A DNA stretch of 64,000 nucleotides from Chloroflexota bacterium (lineage in GTDB: Bacteria; Chloroflexota; Limnocylindria; QHBO01). The notes under the pieces were generated by a model. That model ran no database searches. It was not told where the DNA came from and saw nothing but the letters and a program-made list of their open reading frames with translations. The number at the start of each line of letters is the position of its first letter. The stretch's first letter is position 1. Positions 10,204 to 21,332 of this stretch are shown here, piece by piece. A program made the position numbers and the translations under genes. Location of the stretch: NCBI GenBank assembly GCA_040905185.1, contig JBBDRZ010000003.1:137339-201338 (forward strand), read 5' to 3'.

Positions 10204-12477
10204 ATGGCCAAGGCAGGGTCGCGGTCGCGCCGCCGGAAACGGGCTCGGCGGGCGGCGAACACAGGCCTGCGTATCAGCCGTCGGGTCGTCCGCGAGGTGG
10301 GCGCCCTGGCCCTGGTGGTGCTGGCCCTGGTGTCGCTCCTGGCCCTGGTCACGCCCGACGCGGCGGCCGGGGTGACCCTGTGGCGCGACTTCCTGAAGAC
10401 CCTGCTCGGGTGGGGGTTCTTCTTCGCGCCCGCGCTGCTGCTGCTGTTCGCGGTGATGCTGTGGATGCGCTCAGTGCCCACCGAACGCATCATCTCGGCC
10501 CTCGGCGTGGTCCTCGTCACCCTGTCGTTGCAGGGACTCTTCCAGCTCGCCGTGGGCGGTCCCGGGGCTCCCGCCCCGCCAGGGGACGGGGGAGGGATCA
10601 TCGGCACCGTGGTGGACGCCCCGCTCGTCCTGCTGCTCGGCAGCGCGGGCGCGGCCATCGTCCTGTTCCTGCTCCTGGTGGTGGGCTTCCTCCTGTTCTT
10701 CAACATGACCATCGGGGACGTGTTCGCCGCGTGGTCGCACGGTCGGGAAGTCGGCCCGGCGGCGGCCGCGGCTGCGAGCGCCCGGGCAGCCACGGGGCCG
10801 GGCATGTCGCCTCCCGGGCGGAGCTCCGCCCCCGACGAACCGCCCGTCATCCTCCGCCGCCAGCGCCCCGAACCGGCGCTCGCCGCAGCCGCGGCGGGCG
10901 CGCTGCCCGGTGCCGTGGCGGTGCTGGACGATGAGAGTCTGACGCAGGGTGAGCTGGAATCCGGCGAGACCGCACACCTGGCCGAGGTGGGGGAGCGGGA
11001 GGCGGCCGACGCCGCGCTCGAACGAGCCGCACAGAGTTGGATCCTGCCCGACCTGGGCCTGCTGGCCGATGCGCCCGGCAACGGCCCAGCGCAGATGGAC
11101 CTCACGGCCAAGGGACAGCTCATCCGCCAAACCCTGGCCAGCTTCGACATCGGCGTGAAGGTCGCCCGCATCCAGGAAGGCCCGGTGGTCACCCAGTACG
11201 CGCTGGACGTGGAGCCCGGGATCAAGCTGTCGCGGATCCAGGGGCTGGCCGACAACCTGGCACTCGCCCTCTCCGCGCGCTCGATCCGGATCGAGGCGCC
11301 CATCCCCGGCGAGCCCTACGTCGGGGTCGAGATCCCGAACGCGGCCTTCGACCTGGTGACCCTCAAGGAGGTCCTCGGCTCGAAGGCGTTCCAGCAGATC
11401 GCCAGTGAGGGCGAGCTTGCCTTTGCGCTGGGCCAGGACGTGGCCGGCCAGCCGGTGGCCGCGGACCTGTCCCGCATGCCGCACCTGCTCATCGCCGGGG
11501 CCACCGGGTCGGGCAAGAGCGTATGCGTCAACGCGCTCATCTGCTCGGTGATCATGCGCAATCGGCCGGACGAGGTGAAGCTCATCCTCATCGACCCCAA
11601 GCGCGTCGAGCTGGCCCAGTACCGCGGCCTGCCGCACCTGCTGACCGAGGTCATCGTCGACACCGACAAGGCGGTCAACGCGCTGAAGTGGACGGTGGGG
11701 ACCATGGAGAGTCGCTACCACGAGTTCGCCCAGCGCGGGGTGCGCAACATCGCTGGCTACAACGCCGAGGTGCGCGCCGACGAGGCGCGGATGCCGTACA
11801 TCATCGTGGTCATCGACGAGCTGGCCGACCTGATGATGATGAGCGCCTACGAGGTCGAGGCCACCGTCACCCGCATCGCGCAGCTGGCGCGGGCGACCGG
11901 CATTCACCTGGTGGTCGCCACCCAGCGCCCATCGGTCCAGGTCGTCACCGGCTTGATCAAGGCCAACGTCCCGTCGCGCATCGCGTTCGCGATGACCAGC
12001 GGCGTGGACAGCCGGACCATCCTGGACGCCGTGGGCGCCGAGGACCTGTTGGGCCGCGGCGACATGCTGTACCTGCCCATCGACTCACCGCGCGGGGTGC
12101 GGCTCCAGGGCGTGTTGGTCACCGATCCCGAGATCGAGAAGCTGGCCCGCTTCTGGCGGGCCCAGGGCGCGCCCCGCTATCGGACCGAGATCACGGCCGC
12201 CAAGCGGGATGGCCGGAGTACCGATGGATCGGACGAGGATGCCGATGCCGACCCGCTGCTGCGGCAGGCGATCGACGTCGTCCGCCGCTCCGACAAGGCG
12301 TCTGCCTCGCTGCTCCAGCGCCGGCTGCGGGTCGGATACGCCCGAGCGGCGCGCATCCTGGACCAGATGGAGGATCGGGGCATCGTCGGTCCGGCTGACG
12401 GCAGCCGCTTCCGCGAGGTGCTCATGACGCCCGACGGGTGGGGCGGGGAGATCGGGCCGGGTGAGGATGAGGCATGA
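10204..12477 (+). CDS. ftsK: DNA translocase FtsK/SpoIIIE
   Basis: N-terminal transmembrane segments, Walker A GATGSGKS, the motor domain and a C-terminal gamma (winged-helix) domain. Confidence 0.9.
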   Translation: MAKAGSRSRRRKRARRAANTGLRISRRVVREVGALALVVLALVSLLALVTPDAAAGVTLWRDFLKTLLGWGFFFAPALLLLFAVMLWMRSVPTERIISALGVVLVTLSLQGLFQLAVGGPGAPAPPGDGGGIIGTVVDAPLVLLLGSAGAAIVLFLLLVVGFLLFFNMTIGDVFAAWSHGREVGPAAAAAASARAATGPGMSPPGRSSAPDEPPVILRRQRPEPALAAAAAGALPGAVAVLDDESLTQGELESGETAHLAEVGEREAADAALERAAQSWILPDLGLLADAPGNGPAQMDLTAKGQLIRQTLASFDIGVKVARIQEGPVVTQYALDVEPGIKLSRIQGLADNLALALSARSIRIEAPIPGEPYVGVEIPNAAFDLVTLKEVLGSKAFQQIASEGELAFALGQDVAGQPVAADLSRMPHLLIAGATGSGKSVCVNALICSVIMRNRPDEVKLILIDPKRVELAQYRGLPHLLTEVIVDTDKAVNALKWTVGTMESRYHEFAQRGVRNIAGYNAEVRADEARMPYIIVVIDELADLMMMSAYEVEATVTRIAQLARATGIHLVVATQRPSVQVVTGLIKANVPSRIAFAMTSGVDSRTILDAVGAEDLLGRGDMLYLPIDSPRGVRLQGVLVTDPEIEKLARFWRAQGAPRYRTEITAAKRDGRSTDGSDEDADADPLLRQAIDVVRRSDKASASLLQRRLRVGYARAARILDQMEDRGIVGPADGSRFREVLMTPDGWGGEIGPGEDEA

Positions 12478-13214
12478 CCCACGGCGGCCGCACCCTGGGG
12501 CACACGCTCCGGGCGGCCCGCGAGGCCAAGCGCTGGGACCTGGCCCGCACCGAGCGCGAGACACGCATCCGGACCCGCTACCTGGTTGCCCTGGAGCAGG
12601 GTGACTATCGGGACCTCCCGAGCCCGGTCTACACCCGCGGCTTCGTCCGCAACTACGCCCTGTACCTGGGCCTGGACCCTGAGCTGTGCCTCGACCTCTA
12701 CCGGCTGGAGGCCACCTCGGAGGACGCCCCGTGGGCGGCTGTCACGCCGCTGCGCCCGATCGATGCCCGTCGCGGCGGCGCCCTGGTCCTCACCCCTACC
12801 CGGGTGGCCACGGTCGGCCTGATCGTGCTCGTGATCGCGTTCGTGGGCTACCTGGCCTACCAGTTCCTGACCTTCGCCGCCACCCCGGATCTGACGGTGA
12901 CCGATCCGGCCACTGACCTGGCGGCCTTCGCCGGCACCTCGTACGTTCTGCGCGGGGAGACCGTCCCCGACGCGCAGATTGAAGTCGATGGGCTGCGCGA
13001 GAACCCCACATCCACGGCGACTGCCAGCGGACTGTTCAACATCCGGGTCAAGCTCGTGCCCGGCTCGAACGTGATCACCCTGGTCGCGACCGATCCCGTC
13101 ACCGGGCGATCGTCGGACCCGGTGCGCCGCACCATCACGGTCACGCTGGACACCCAGTCACCGGCGCCCAGCGGCAGTCCAGGCCTCGGTTCGCCGTCGC
13201 CGCCGGCCCCATAA
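12474..13214 (+). CDS. Helix-turn-helix domain protein, RodZ-like (HTH + TM + Pro/Ser-rich C-terminus)
   Basis: An N-terminal XRE-type HTH (LGHTLRAAREAKRWDLARTERETRI), a single TM helix and a low-complexity tail. ATGA overlap with ftsK. Confidence 0.6.
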   Translation: MTHGGRTLGHTLRAAREAKRWDLARTERETRIRTRYLVALEQGDYRDLPSPVYTRGFVRNYALYLGLDPELCLDLYRLEATSEDAPWAAVTPLRPIDARRGGALVLTPTRVATVGLIVLVIAFVGYLAYQFLTFAATPDLTVTDPATDLAAFAGTSYVLRGETVPDAQIEVDGLRENPTSTATASGLFNIRVKLVPGSNVITLVATDPVTGRSSDPVRRTITVTLDTQSPAPSGSPGLGSPSPPAP

Positions 13215-13245
13215 GCGCCCAACCGATACGGCAAGATACCGACGC

Positions 13246-13734
13246 ATGGCCGACTTCTCGTTCGACGTGGTGAGCGACTTCGACCAGCAGGAGCTGGTCA
13301 ACGCCCTGGACCAGGTGCGGCGCGAGATCGCGACCCGGTATGACTTCAAGGGGAGCAAATCCAGCCTCGAGCTGGGCAAGGCCGAGGTCACCCTGGTCGC
13401 GGATGACGAGTTCCGGGCAGCGGCGGTCAAGGACCTCGTACAGACCAAGGCCGTGCGGCGCGGGCTGTCATTGAAGATCTTCGACTGGGGCAAGCTGGAG
13501 CCTGCCGCGGGCGGGACGGTGCGGCAGGTCATCGGCCTGCGAAAAGGTTTGAATGCCGACCAGGGGCGCGAGCTCTCGCGCCACGTTCGCGAGCAGTTCC
13601 CCAAGGTCAAAGTGTCCATCCAGGGAGACACACTGCGGGTCTCAGCCCCGAGCAAGGACCTGCTGCAGGCCGTGATCGCCGACCTGCGCGGGCTGGACTA
13701 CCCGGTTGCCCTCCAGTTCATCAACTACCGATGA
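13246..13734 (+). CDS. yajQ: YajQ family nucleotide-binding protein (UPF0234)
   Basis: 162 aa. The MADFSFDVVSDFDQQELVNALDQ N-terminus is typical of YajQ. Confidence 0.85.
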   Translation: MADFSFDVVSDFDQQELVNALDQVRREIATRYDFKGSKSSLELGKAEVTLVADDEFRAAAVKDLVQTKAVRRGLSLKIFDWGKLEPAAGGTVRQVIGLRKGLNADQGRELSRHVREQFPKVKVSIQGDTLRVSAPSKDLLQAVIADLRGLDYPVALQFINYR

Positions 13735-13773
13735 CCAAGCTCGCATGACTGGTGACCAAGCTCGCATGACTGG
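13732..13773. repeat. Perfect 2 x 21-bp tandem duplication (tgaccaagctcgcatgactgg) spanning the yajQ stop and pncC start
   Basis: The two units are identical when read directly. The duplication produces MTGDQAR-MTGDQAR at the pncC N-terminus. Confidence 0.9.
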
Positions 13774-14269
13774 AACCACTGACCGTGACCTCGCCGACGC
13801 GGCCAACCGCCTGGGGGCGGCGCTTCTGGCCGTCGAATGGACGCTGAGCAGCGCCGAGTCGTCCACAGCCGGGCTCATCGGTCATGCCATCACCATGGTT
13901 CCCGGCGCCAGCCGCTACTACGTGGGCGGAGTGATCGCCTATTCGAACCTGGCCAAGGTGCTTGAGCTGGGTGTTCCCGAGGACCTGATCGCCAGGCATG
14001 GCGCGGTGAGCGCCGAGGTCGCGGAGGCCATGGCCGAGGGTGTGCGGAGCCGATTCGATACCGACCTGGCGGTGGCCGTGACGGGCATCGCCGGCCCGGA
14101 TGCCGGAGGGACGGCCAAGCCGATTGGCCTGCATTTCGTTGCCGCCTGCCGGCGTGGCCATCCGGCCACCGTCGAGCGCCACGTGTACACCCGCGACCGC
14201 GAGGGCAACAAGGCCGAGGCCGCATTGGCCGCCCTGGAGCTGGCGATCCGGGAGGTCGACGCCGGCTGA
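13745..14269 (+). CDS. pncC: Nicotinamide-nucleotide amidohydrolase PncC / CinA C-terminal domain protein
   Basis: CinA_C motifs (LSSAESSTAGLIGHAIT, GVIAYSN, VAVTGIAGP). The start at 13745 or 13766 is ambiguous because of the tandem duplication. Confidence 0.8.
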   Translation: MTGDQARMTGTTDRDLADAANRLGAALLAVEWTLSSAESSTAGLIGHAITMVPGASRYYVGGVIAYSNLAKVLELGVPEDLIARHGAVSAEVAEAMAEGVRSRFDTDLAVAVTGIAGPDAGGTAKPIGLHFVAACRRGHPATVERHVYTRDREGNKAEAALAALELAIREVDAG

Positions 14270-15681
14270 TGGTGCGGCCCGGCGAGCGGATCCACGTCAT
14301 CGGGATTGCCGGCTCCGGGGCCTCAGGGACGGCCCTGTTGGCCGCGCACGCCGGCGCGCGGGTGGACGGATGCGACACGGCCGGGCCGTCCGCGTACACG
14401 GAGCCGTTAGCCGCGCTCGGCGTGAGCGTTGCCAACGGGCACGACCCGGCGCACCTGGAGGGCGTGGACCGGGTAGCCGTCAGCGCTGCGCTCCGGCTCC
14501 AGCCGGACCTGCCTGAGCTGGTCGCTGCCCGTGATCGGGCCATCCCGGTCGTCCCCTGGCAGGCCATCCTGGGCGAGCTGGTGGGGGAGCGAGGTCGCCT
14601 CGGAGTGGCGGTGGCCGGCACCCATGGCAAGTCCACCGCCACCGCGCTCCTCGGTCACCTGCTGGTCGACGCCGGACGCGATCCAACGGTCGAGGTCGGC
14701 GCGCTGGTGCCGGCCTGGGGCGCCTCGGCGCGGGCCGGTGGGGGAGCGGAGTTCGTGGCCGAGGCCGACGAATACGACGGCAACTTCCTCCACCTGCACC
14801 CCGCCGCGGTCCTGCTGACGACCATCGAGATGGACCACCCGGACGTCTTCGCCGACGAGGAGGCTGTATTCGAGATGTTCGCTCGGTTCCTGGGTGGCAT
14901 GAGCACCGACGAGCGGGTTGGAGGGCGGCTCCTGGTGGCTTTGGCGGAGGATCGAGGGACCGATGCGGTCCTGGAACATCTGGCTGACTGGGGCGGCCGC
15001 CTGGTCCGATACGGCCACGGGACCGATCACGAGGCCGCCGACGTCGCCTTCGATCAGGATGGCACCAGTTTCGACCTGTTCGGCGTTCGGTATCGATCGC
15101 ACCTGGCCGGCGCGCACAACGTCCTGAATGCGGTTGGTGCGCTCGTCATGGCCCGAGAGCTGGGAATCGACCCAGAGGCCCTCAAAAGCGGTCTGGAGGG
15201 CTTCAGCGGGGCCTCTCGGCGCCTGGAGCTGATCGCGGATACTGCCGGGGTGCTCGTTTTCGACGACTACGCCCATCATCCGACCGAGGTGCGGGCCGCC
15301 CTCGCCGGCGCCCGACAGCGAGTCGGTGGTCGGCGCCTGTGGGCGGTCATCGAGCCCCACACCTACGCCCGCACGCGGGCGATGTTCCAGGACTACGCGG
15401 AGGCCTTCCGATCCGCCGATGAGGTCGTGGTGGCCGATGTCTTCGCAGCCCGCGATCCGGACACCACCATCGTGTCCTCTGAGGAGCTCGCAGATGCTAT
15501 CGAGGAGGTGTCGGCGGTGCCCGCCATCGCGACGGGGGATATTCACGAGACCGCCTCCTACGTCGCCGATCACGTGCGGTCCGGGGATGCCGTGGTCACG
15601 CTGGGGATCGGGACCAGCTACAAGATCGCCGCTGAAATAGCCGCTTCTCTGAACGCTCGCCCGGCGGGGGAGAGGTCATGA
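14269..15681 (+). CDS. Mur ligase family protein, MurC-like (UDP-N-acetylmuramate--L-alanine ligase or Mpl-type peptide ligase)
   Basis: IHVIGIAGSGASG, VAGTHGKSTATAL and DDYAHHP motifs. The gene is not in a dcw cluster, so its specific substrate is uncertain. Confidence 0.75.
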   Translation: MVRPGERIHVIGIAGSGASGTALLAAHAGARVDGCDTAGPSAYTEPLAALGVSVANGHDPAHLEGVDRVAVSAALRLQPDLPELVAARDRAIPVVPWQAILGELVGERGRLGVAVAGTHGKSTATALLGHLLVDAGRDPTVEVGALVPAWGASARAGGGAEFVAEADEYDGNFLHLHPAAVLLTTIEMDHPDVFADEEAVFEMFARFLGGMSTDERVGGRLLVALAEDRGTDAVLEHLADWGGRLVRYGHGTDHEAADVAFDQDGTSFDLFGVRYRSHLAGAHNVLNAVGALVMARELGIDPEALKSGLEGFSGASRRLELIADTAGVLVFDDYAHHPTEVRAALAGARQRVGGRRLWAVIEPHTYARTRAMFQDYAEAFRSADEVVVADVFAARDPDTTIVSSEELADAIEEVSAVPAIATGDIHETASYVADHVRSGDAVVTLGIGTSYKIAAEIAASLNARPAGERS

Positions 15682-16058
15682 GGGGAGCCCGAGCGGTCCT
15701 CCTGACCATCCTGCTGGCCGGACTAGTGGCAGTCCTCCAGCAGGGCCTGGTGCGCCTGGTTCAGGGCTCTGGCGCAGCCCCTGAGCCAGCCGTGATCCTG
15801 ATCCTGCTGCTCGCCGCCTTCTTGGGACTCCTCACCGGGGTCGCCACCCGCGCCCTCAATCTCCCCGGCGCCGTGGCGCCAACGTCTCTCGTCATGGCGT
15901 GGACCGTGGCCCCAGTGATCTTCGGAGCGCTGCCGTGGTCGATCTTCCAGGCTCTCGGCGGCGACGCGGCCATCGATCCCACCGAATCGCTGGCGCTCGC
16001 TGTCGCCGCCGTGGCGGCCGCGGTCACCCTGGGCGTCCAGATCCCCAGCGGCGACTAG
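15678..16058 (+). CDS. Hypothetical membrane protein (4 predicted TM helices)
   Basis: The ORF is hydrophobic and Ala/Leu-rich. ATGA overlap with the upstream ligase gene. No recognisable family. Confidence 0.5.
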   Translation: MRGARAVLLTILLAGLVAVLQQGLVRLVQGSGAAPEPAVILILLLAAFLGLLTGVATRALNLPGAVAPTSLVMAWTVAPVIFGALPWSIFQALGGDAAIDPTESLALAVAAVAAAVTLGVQIPSGD

Positions 16059-16274
16059 CACCTTCGGGTCCGGGCGCTGAGCGTCGGACCGGTCGGCGCC
16101 AGCGTCACCGCGTGACCGCTCCTCTCGACGACCTGGGCGCTTGTGACAAGCACGTTGATATTCTTCGACCTCCTGATGCCGGACAACGCAACATAACCTC
16201 TCTTTGCGGAAGCGGTAGAAGAGAGGACTAAGGGGTCCTCGGGTCCTAGGTCAACCGGGTCATGGTGACGATCC

Positions 16275-16553
16275 ATGGCCGGACCTAGCCTGCTGGCAAT
16301 GAGCAAACGACGCGACGTCATGCGAGTCGGCGGCTGGTTGGCCCTCGTCTGGGGTGTCGCCAGCGTGCTGTTGGCGATTGCGACCGACCTCGACTGGGCG
16401 GACCTGGCAGGAGGCTACGGACTGCTTCTGGCCCTGACTGGCGGGTGGACGGTGGCTGGCCTGGCGTTCTTGGGCCGCCATGAGCAGCGGATGGCGCAAG
16501 CCAAGGCCGCGAACCGCATCGTCACGAACCGGCAGGGCGCCGTCAGCCGCTGA
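16275..16553 (+). CDS. Hypothetical small membrane protein
   Basis: 92 aa with two hydrophobic segments. The alternative ATG at 16299 is also in frame. Its 3' end overlaps hflX convergently by 11 nt. Confidence 0.4.
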   Translation: MAGPSLLAMSKRRDVMRVGGWLALVWGVASVLLAIATDLDWADLAGGYGLLLALTGGWTVAGLAFLGRHEQRMAQAKAANRIVTNRQGAVSR

Positions 16554-17862
16554 CGGAGGCCTTCCTCCGCGTTCGAGGTCGTGGGATAGCGGCAGCGCGG
16601 ACCTCGCCCGCGAGTGTCGCCGGCAGCCGCCCGGCAATGCGCACGCCGTCGTCGGTGAACCGTTCGGTCACCTCGCCAGCCTGACGGGCGCGAGCCACCA
16701 GCTCCGCCCGCGGATAGGGCACCACCGCATCCACATCCACCAGCGGGCCGCGCAGGGCGGTCGCGATCCGCTCGCGCAACGCCGCCAGACCCTCCCCGGT
16801 GAGGGCGCTCACGTAGGCCACGTCCTCGTCGGATGGCTGTGGGCCGGCACTCGCCACCGCTCCGTTGAGGCGGTCGAGCTTGTTGAAGACCAGGATGCGC
16901 GGTTTGTCGCCGGCGCCCAACTCCGCCAGGACGGTCCCCACCGTCTCCTGCTGGGCGATGAAGTCGGGGTCCGAGGCGTCCACCACCTCGAGCAGCAGGT
17001 CGGCGCGCAGGACCTCCTCCAGCGTGGCCCGGAACGCGTCGATGAGGTCGTGGGGCAGCTTGTTGATGAAACCGACGGTATCGGTCAGGACCACCTGGCG
17101 TCCCGAATCCAGGCTGATCCGACGCGAGGTCGGATCCAGGGTCGCGAACGGCATGTCGGCGACGAACGCATCGGCGTCGGCCAGCGTGTTCAGGAGGGTT
17201 GACTTGCCGGCATTCGTATACCCCACCAGGGCCACGACCGGGATCGCCGACCGGTCCCGCCGTCGAGCCGCAGTGGCCCGGTGGCGCTTGACCGCACCGA
17301 TCTCACCGCGTAGCCGATGAATCTTCTCCCGAATGCGGCGGCGGTCGGTCTCGAGCTGGCTCTCGCCCGGACCTCGAGTCCCGATCCCGCCGCCGGTGCG
17401 CGACAGGTGGGTCCACAGCCGGGTCAGGCGCGGCAGGTGGTACTCGAGCTGGGCCAGCTCCACCTGGAGGCGGCCCTCCCGGGTTCGCGCGTGGCGCGCA
17501 AAGATGTCCAGGATGAGGGCGCTGCGGTCCAGGACCTTGCCGTCCAGGAGCTTCTCGAGGTTCCGCTGCTGGGCGGGGCTCAGCTCATCGTCGACGACGA
17601 GGACGCTGAATCCGGTCATCGCCTTCTCATCGGCCAGGTCCGCGGCGCGCCCCTTGCCGAGGTACCAGGCCGGGTCCGGGCGCGTTCGGCGCTGGCTGGT
17701 GCTGCCCACCACCTCGGCACCCGCGGCCACGGCCAGGCCGCCCAGTTCCGACAGGCGACGCTCGACCGGCCAGCGTTCGGCGGCCGGAGACTCGAGAGCG
17801 ACCAGGAAGGCGCGCTCGATGGGCGGGGCGACCTCCACCGTGCGCGTGGCGGATCGGCTCAT
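16543..17862 (-). CDS. hflX: GTPase HflX
   Basis: HflX N-domain, G domain (GYTNAGKSTLLN, DTVGF, NKLD). Confidence 0.9.
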   Translation of the reverse strand: MSRSATRTVEVAPPIERAFLVALESPAAERWPVERRLSELGGLAVAAGAEVVGSTSQRRTRPDPAWYLGKGRAADLADEKAMTGFSVLVVDDELSPAQQRNLEKLLDGKVLDRSALILDIFARHARTREGRLQVELAQLEYHLPRLTRLWTHLSRTGGGIGTRGPGESQLETDRRRIREKIHRLRGEIGAVKRHRATAARRRDRSAIPVVALVGYTNAGKSTLLNTLADADAFVADMPFATLDPTSRRISLDSGRQVVLTDTVGFINKLPHDLIDAFRATLEEVLRADLLLEVVDASDPDFIAQQETVGTVLAELGAGDKPRILVFNKLDRLNGAVASAGPQPSDEDVAYVSALTGEGLAALRERIATALRGPLVDVDAVVPYPRAELVARARQAGEVTERFTDDGVRIAGRLPATLAGEVRAAAIPRPRTRRKASVSG

Positions 17863-17894
17863 CGAGTCCAGACGGCGATCATCTGGCGGCCATC

Positions 17895-18833
17895 CTAGCT
17901 GACGAGGAGCCGATTCAGGAGGTCGCTCCCCTCCTGGACCAGGCTCCGGTCGTCAGCGGGCCGCTCCCCGGCATCCACCCATACCACGCGGCGATCGCGC
18001 CGGAACCAGCTGAGCTGGCGGCGGGCGTAGCGTCGGACGCGCCGGGCCGTGATCTCGATCGCCATCTCCAGGCTCCACTCCCCCGCCAGGTGGCGGGCCG
18101 CCTCTGCGTAGCCGTGGCCGGTCAGCGCCGGCAGTGCGGGATCGAGACCCCGCTCCAGGAGGGCGCGGGTCTCGTCCAGGAGGCCGCCCTGGAACATGGC
18201 CGTCGCTCGCTCCCCGATCCGCCGGTCCAGGACGGGGAGGGGTCGAGTCACGCCCAACAGGGCAATCCGCCCCCGGTACGGCTCCGCCCCGATCGTGTCG
18301 GCGGCGGCGATCCCCGACAGCTCGGCCCGCTCCAGCGCCCGGAGCAGCCGGCGCGGGTTGCGCAGATCGGTGCGGGCGGCGCTCGCCGGGTCCAGGCGGG
18401 CCAGACGCTCGGCGAGCGCCCTCAGGCCCTCGGTCTCAAGCCCTACGGCCAACCGTCGGCGGACCTCGGGGCTCCACGGTTGGCTTGCGAAGTCGAAGCC
18501 ATCCACCAGCGCGGTCACGTACAGTCCAGTGCCGCCGACGGCCAACGGCAGGCGCCCGCGTGCCCCGATCTGGGGCAGGAGGGCGCGGGCTCGTGCGACC
18601 CACTCCGCCACCGTGAACGGCTCGGACGGCTCCACCAGGTCCAGCAGGTGATGCGGGACCCGCTGCCTGGCCTCCTCGCCGACCTTGGCCGTGCCGACGT
18701 CCATGCCGCGGTACACCTGGCGCGAGTCGGCCACCAGGATCTCGAGCGGGAACCGATCGGCCAGGGCCAGCGAGAGGTCCGTCTTTCCAGCGGCGGTGGG
18801 CCCCACAAGGGCGGCCAGCGGCCCCGCCGTCAT
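17895..18833 (-). CDS. miaA: tRNA dimethylallyltransferase
   Basis: GPTAAGKT P-loop and VADSRQVYRGMDVGTAK. Confidence 0.9.
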   Translation of the reverse strand: MTAGPLAALVGPTAAGKTDLSLALADRFPLEILVADSRQVYRGMDVGTAKVGEEARQRVPHHLLDLVEPSEPFTVAEWVARARALLPQIGARGRLPLAVGGTGLYVTALVDGFDFASQPWSPEVRRRLAVGLETEGLRALAERLARLDPASAARTDLRNPRRLLRALERAELSGIAAADTIGAEPYRGRIALLGVTRPLPVLDRRIGERATAMFQGGLLDETRALLERGLDPALPALTGHGYAEAARHLAGEWSLEMAIEITARRVRRYARRQLSWFRRDRRVVWVDAGERPADDRSLVQEGSDLLNRLLVS

Positions 18834-18847
18834 CGGTCGAGGGATCG

Positions 18848-19653
18848 CTAGACCTCGACCAGGCGCTGGACGAGGGCGATGCTGAGGGCCTTGCCTGTCG
18901 CCCGATCGGCCTCGATGAGCGCTGCGTTGAGGCTCACCGGGCCTTCGGCCACCTCAAACCGCGTCGGCAGGTGGCGCAGGAAGCGCGGCAGGACGGTGTC
19001 CAGCCGGAAGCCGATGACCGAGTCGCGGGGGCCGGTCATCCCGACGTCGCTGATGTAGGCCGTGCCCTCGGGCAGGACCCGCGCATCCGCGGTCGGGACG
19101 TGGGTGTGGGTGCCGACCACGGCCGTGACCCGCCCGTCGAGGTGCCAGCCCATCGCGTTCTTCTCGGAGGTGATCTCGCAGTGGAAGTCGACGAAGCGCA
19201 GAGCCGGCAGCGGCTCGGCGGCCCCGTCGAGCAGGGCGTCGGCCAGGGTGAACGGCGAGTCGAGTTGGTTCATGAACACCTGGCCCATGAGGTTGATGAC
19301 CGCGACCGGCTCCCCGTCCGCCAGGCGGTGGATGAGCCAGCCCCGGCCCGGCGTGTCGTCGGGGTAGTTGGCGGGGCGCAGGACGGGTCGGTCGGTGTCG
19401 AGGTAGTCGTAGATCTCGCGCTTGTCCCAGATGTGGTTGCCACTGGTCAGGACGTCGATCCCCGAGCTCAGCAGCTCTTCGGCCAAGGAGGGGGTCAGCC
19501 CCGCGCCGGCGGCCACGTTCTCGGCATTGGCGATGACCATGTCGACGTCCAGCTCAGCGCGGAGGTCCGGCAGGGCATGCGCGATGGCCAGCCGGCCCGG
19601 CTTGCCGATGATGTCGCCGATGACCAGGCACCGCATCCGTGCGGCGCGATCGG

Positions 19654-19657
<4 letters not shown>
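18848..19657 (-). CDS. ymdB: YmdB-like metallophosphoesterase (2',3'-cyclic-nucleotide phosphodiesterase family, TIGR00282)
   Basis: MRCLVIGDIIGKPG and GNHIWD. The adjacency to rny matches the conserved rny-ymdB pair. The ORF-track 5' extension is out of frame. Confidence 0.85.
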
Positions 19658-21186
<1,529 letters not shown>

Positions 21187-21263
21187 CGACTCCTCCTGTC
21201 AGTGGCTCCTTCTCGGGCTGGCGCTGCCCTGGCGGGCCCGTTGATTGCTGTCGTCAGACCGAT

Positions 21264-21281
21264 GACGGACCGCGGTCCGTC
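21264..21281. promoter_or_regulatory. 18-bp perfect palindrome gacggaccg|cggtccgtc in the rny 5' region; candidate operator or RNA hairpin
   Basis: A perfect inverted repeat read directly, located 78 to 95 bp upstream of the rny start codon. Confidence 0.4.
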
Positions 21282-21332
21282 GATCGGTGGCGGGTACTCT
21301 ACTCCACATCGCCGCCCCGGTCGCCGGGGCGG

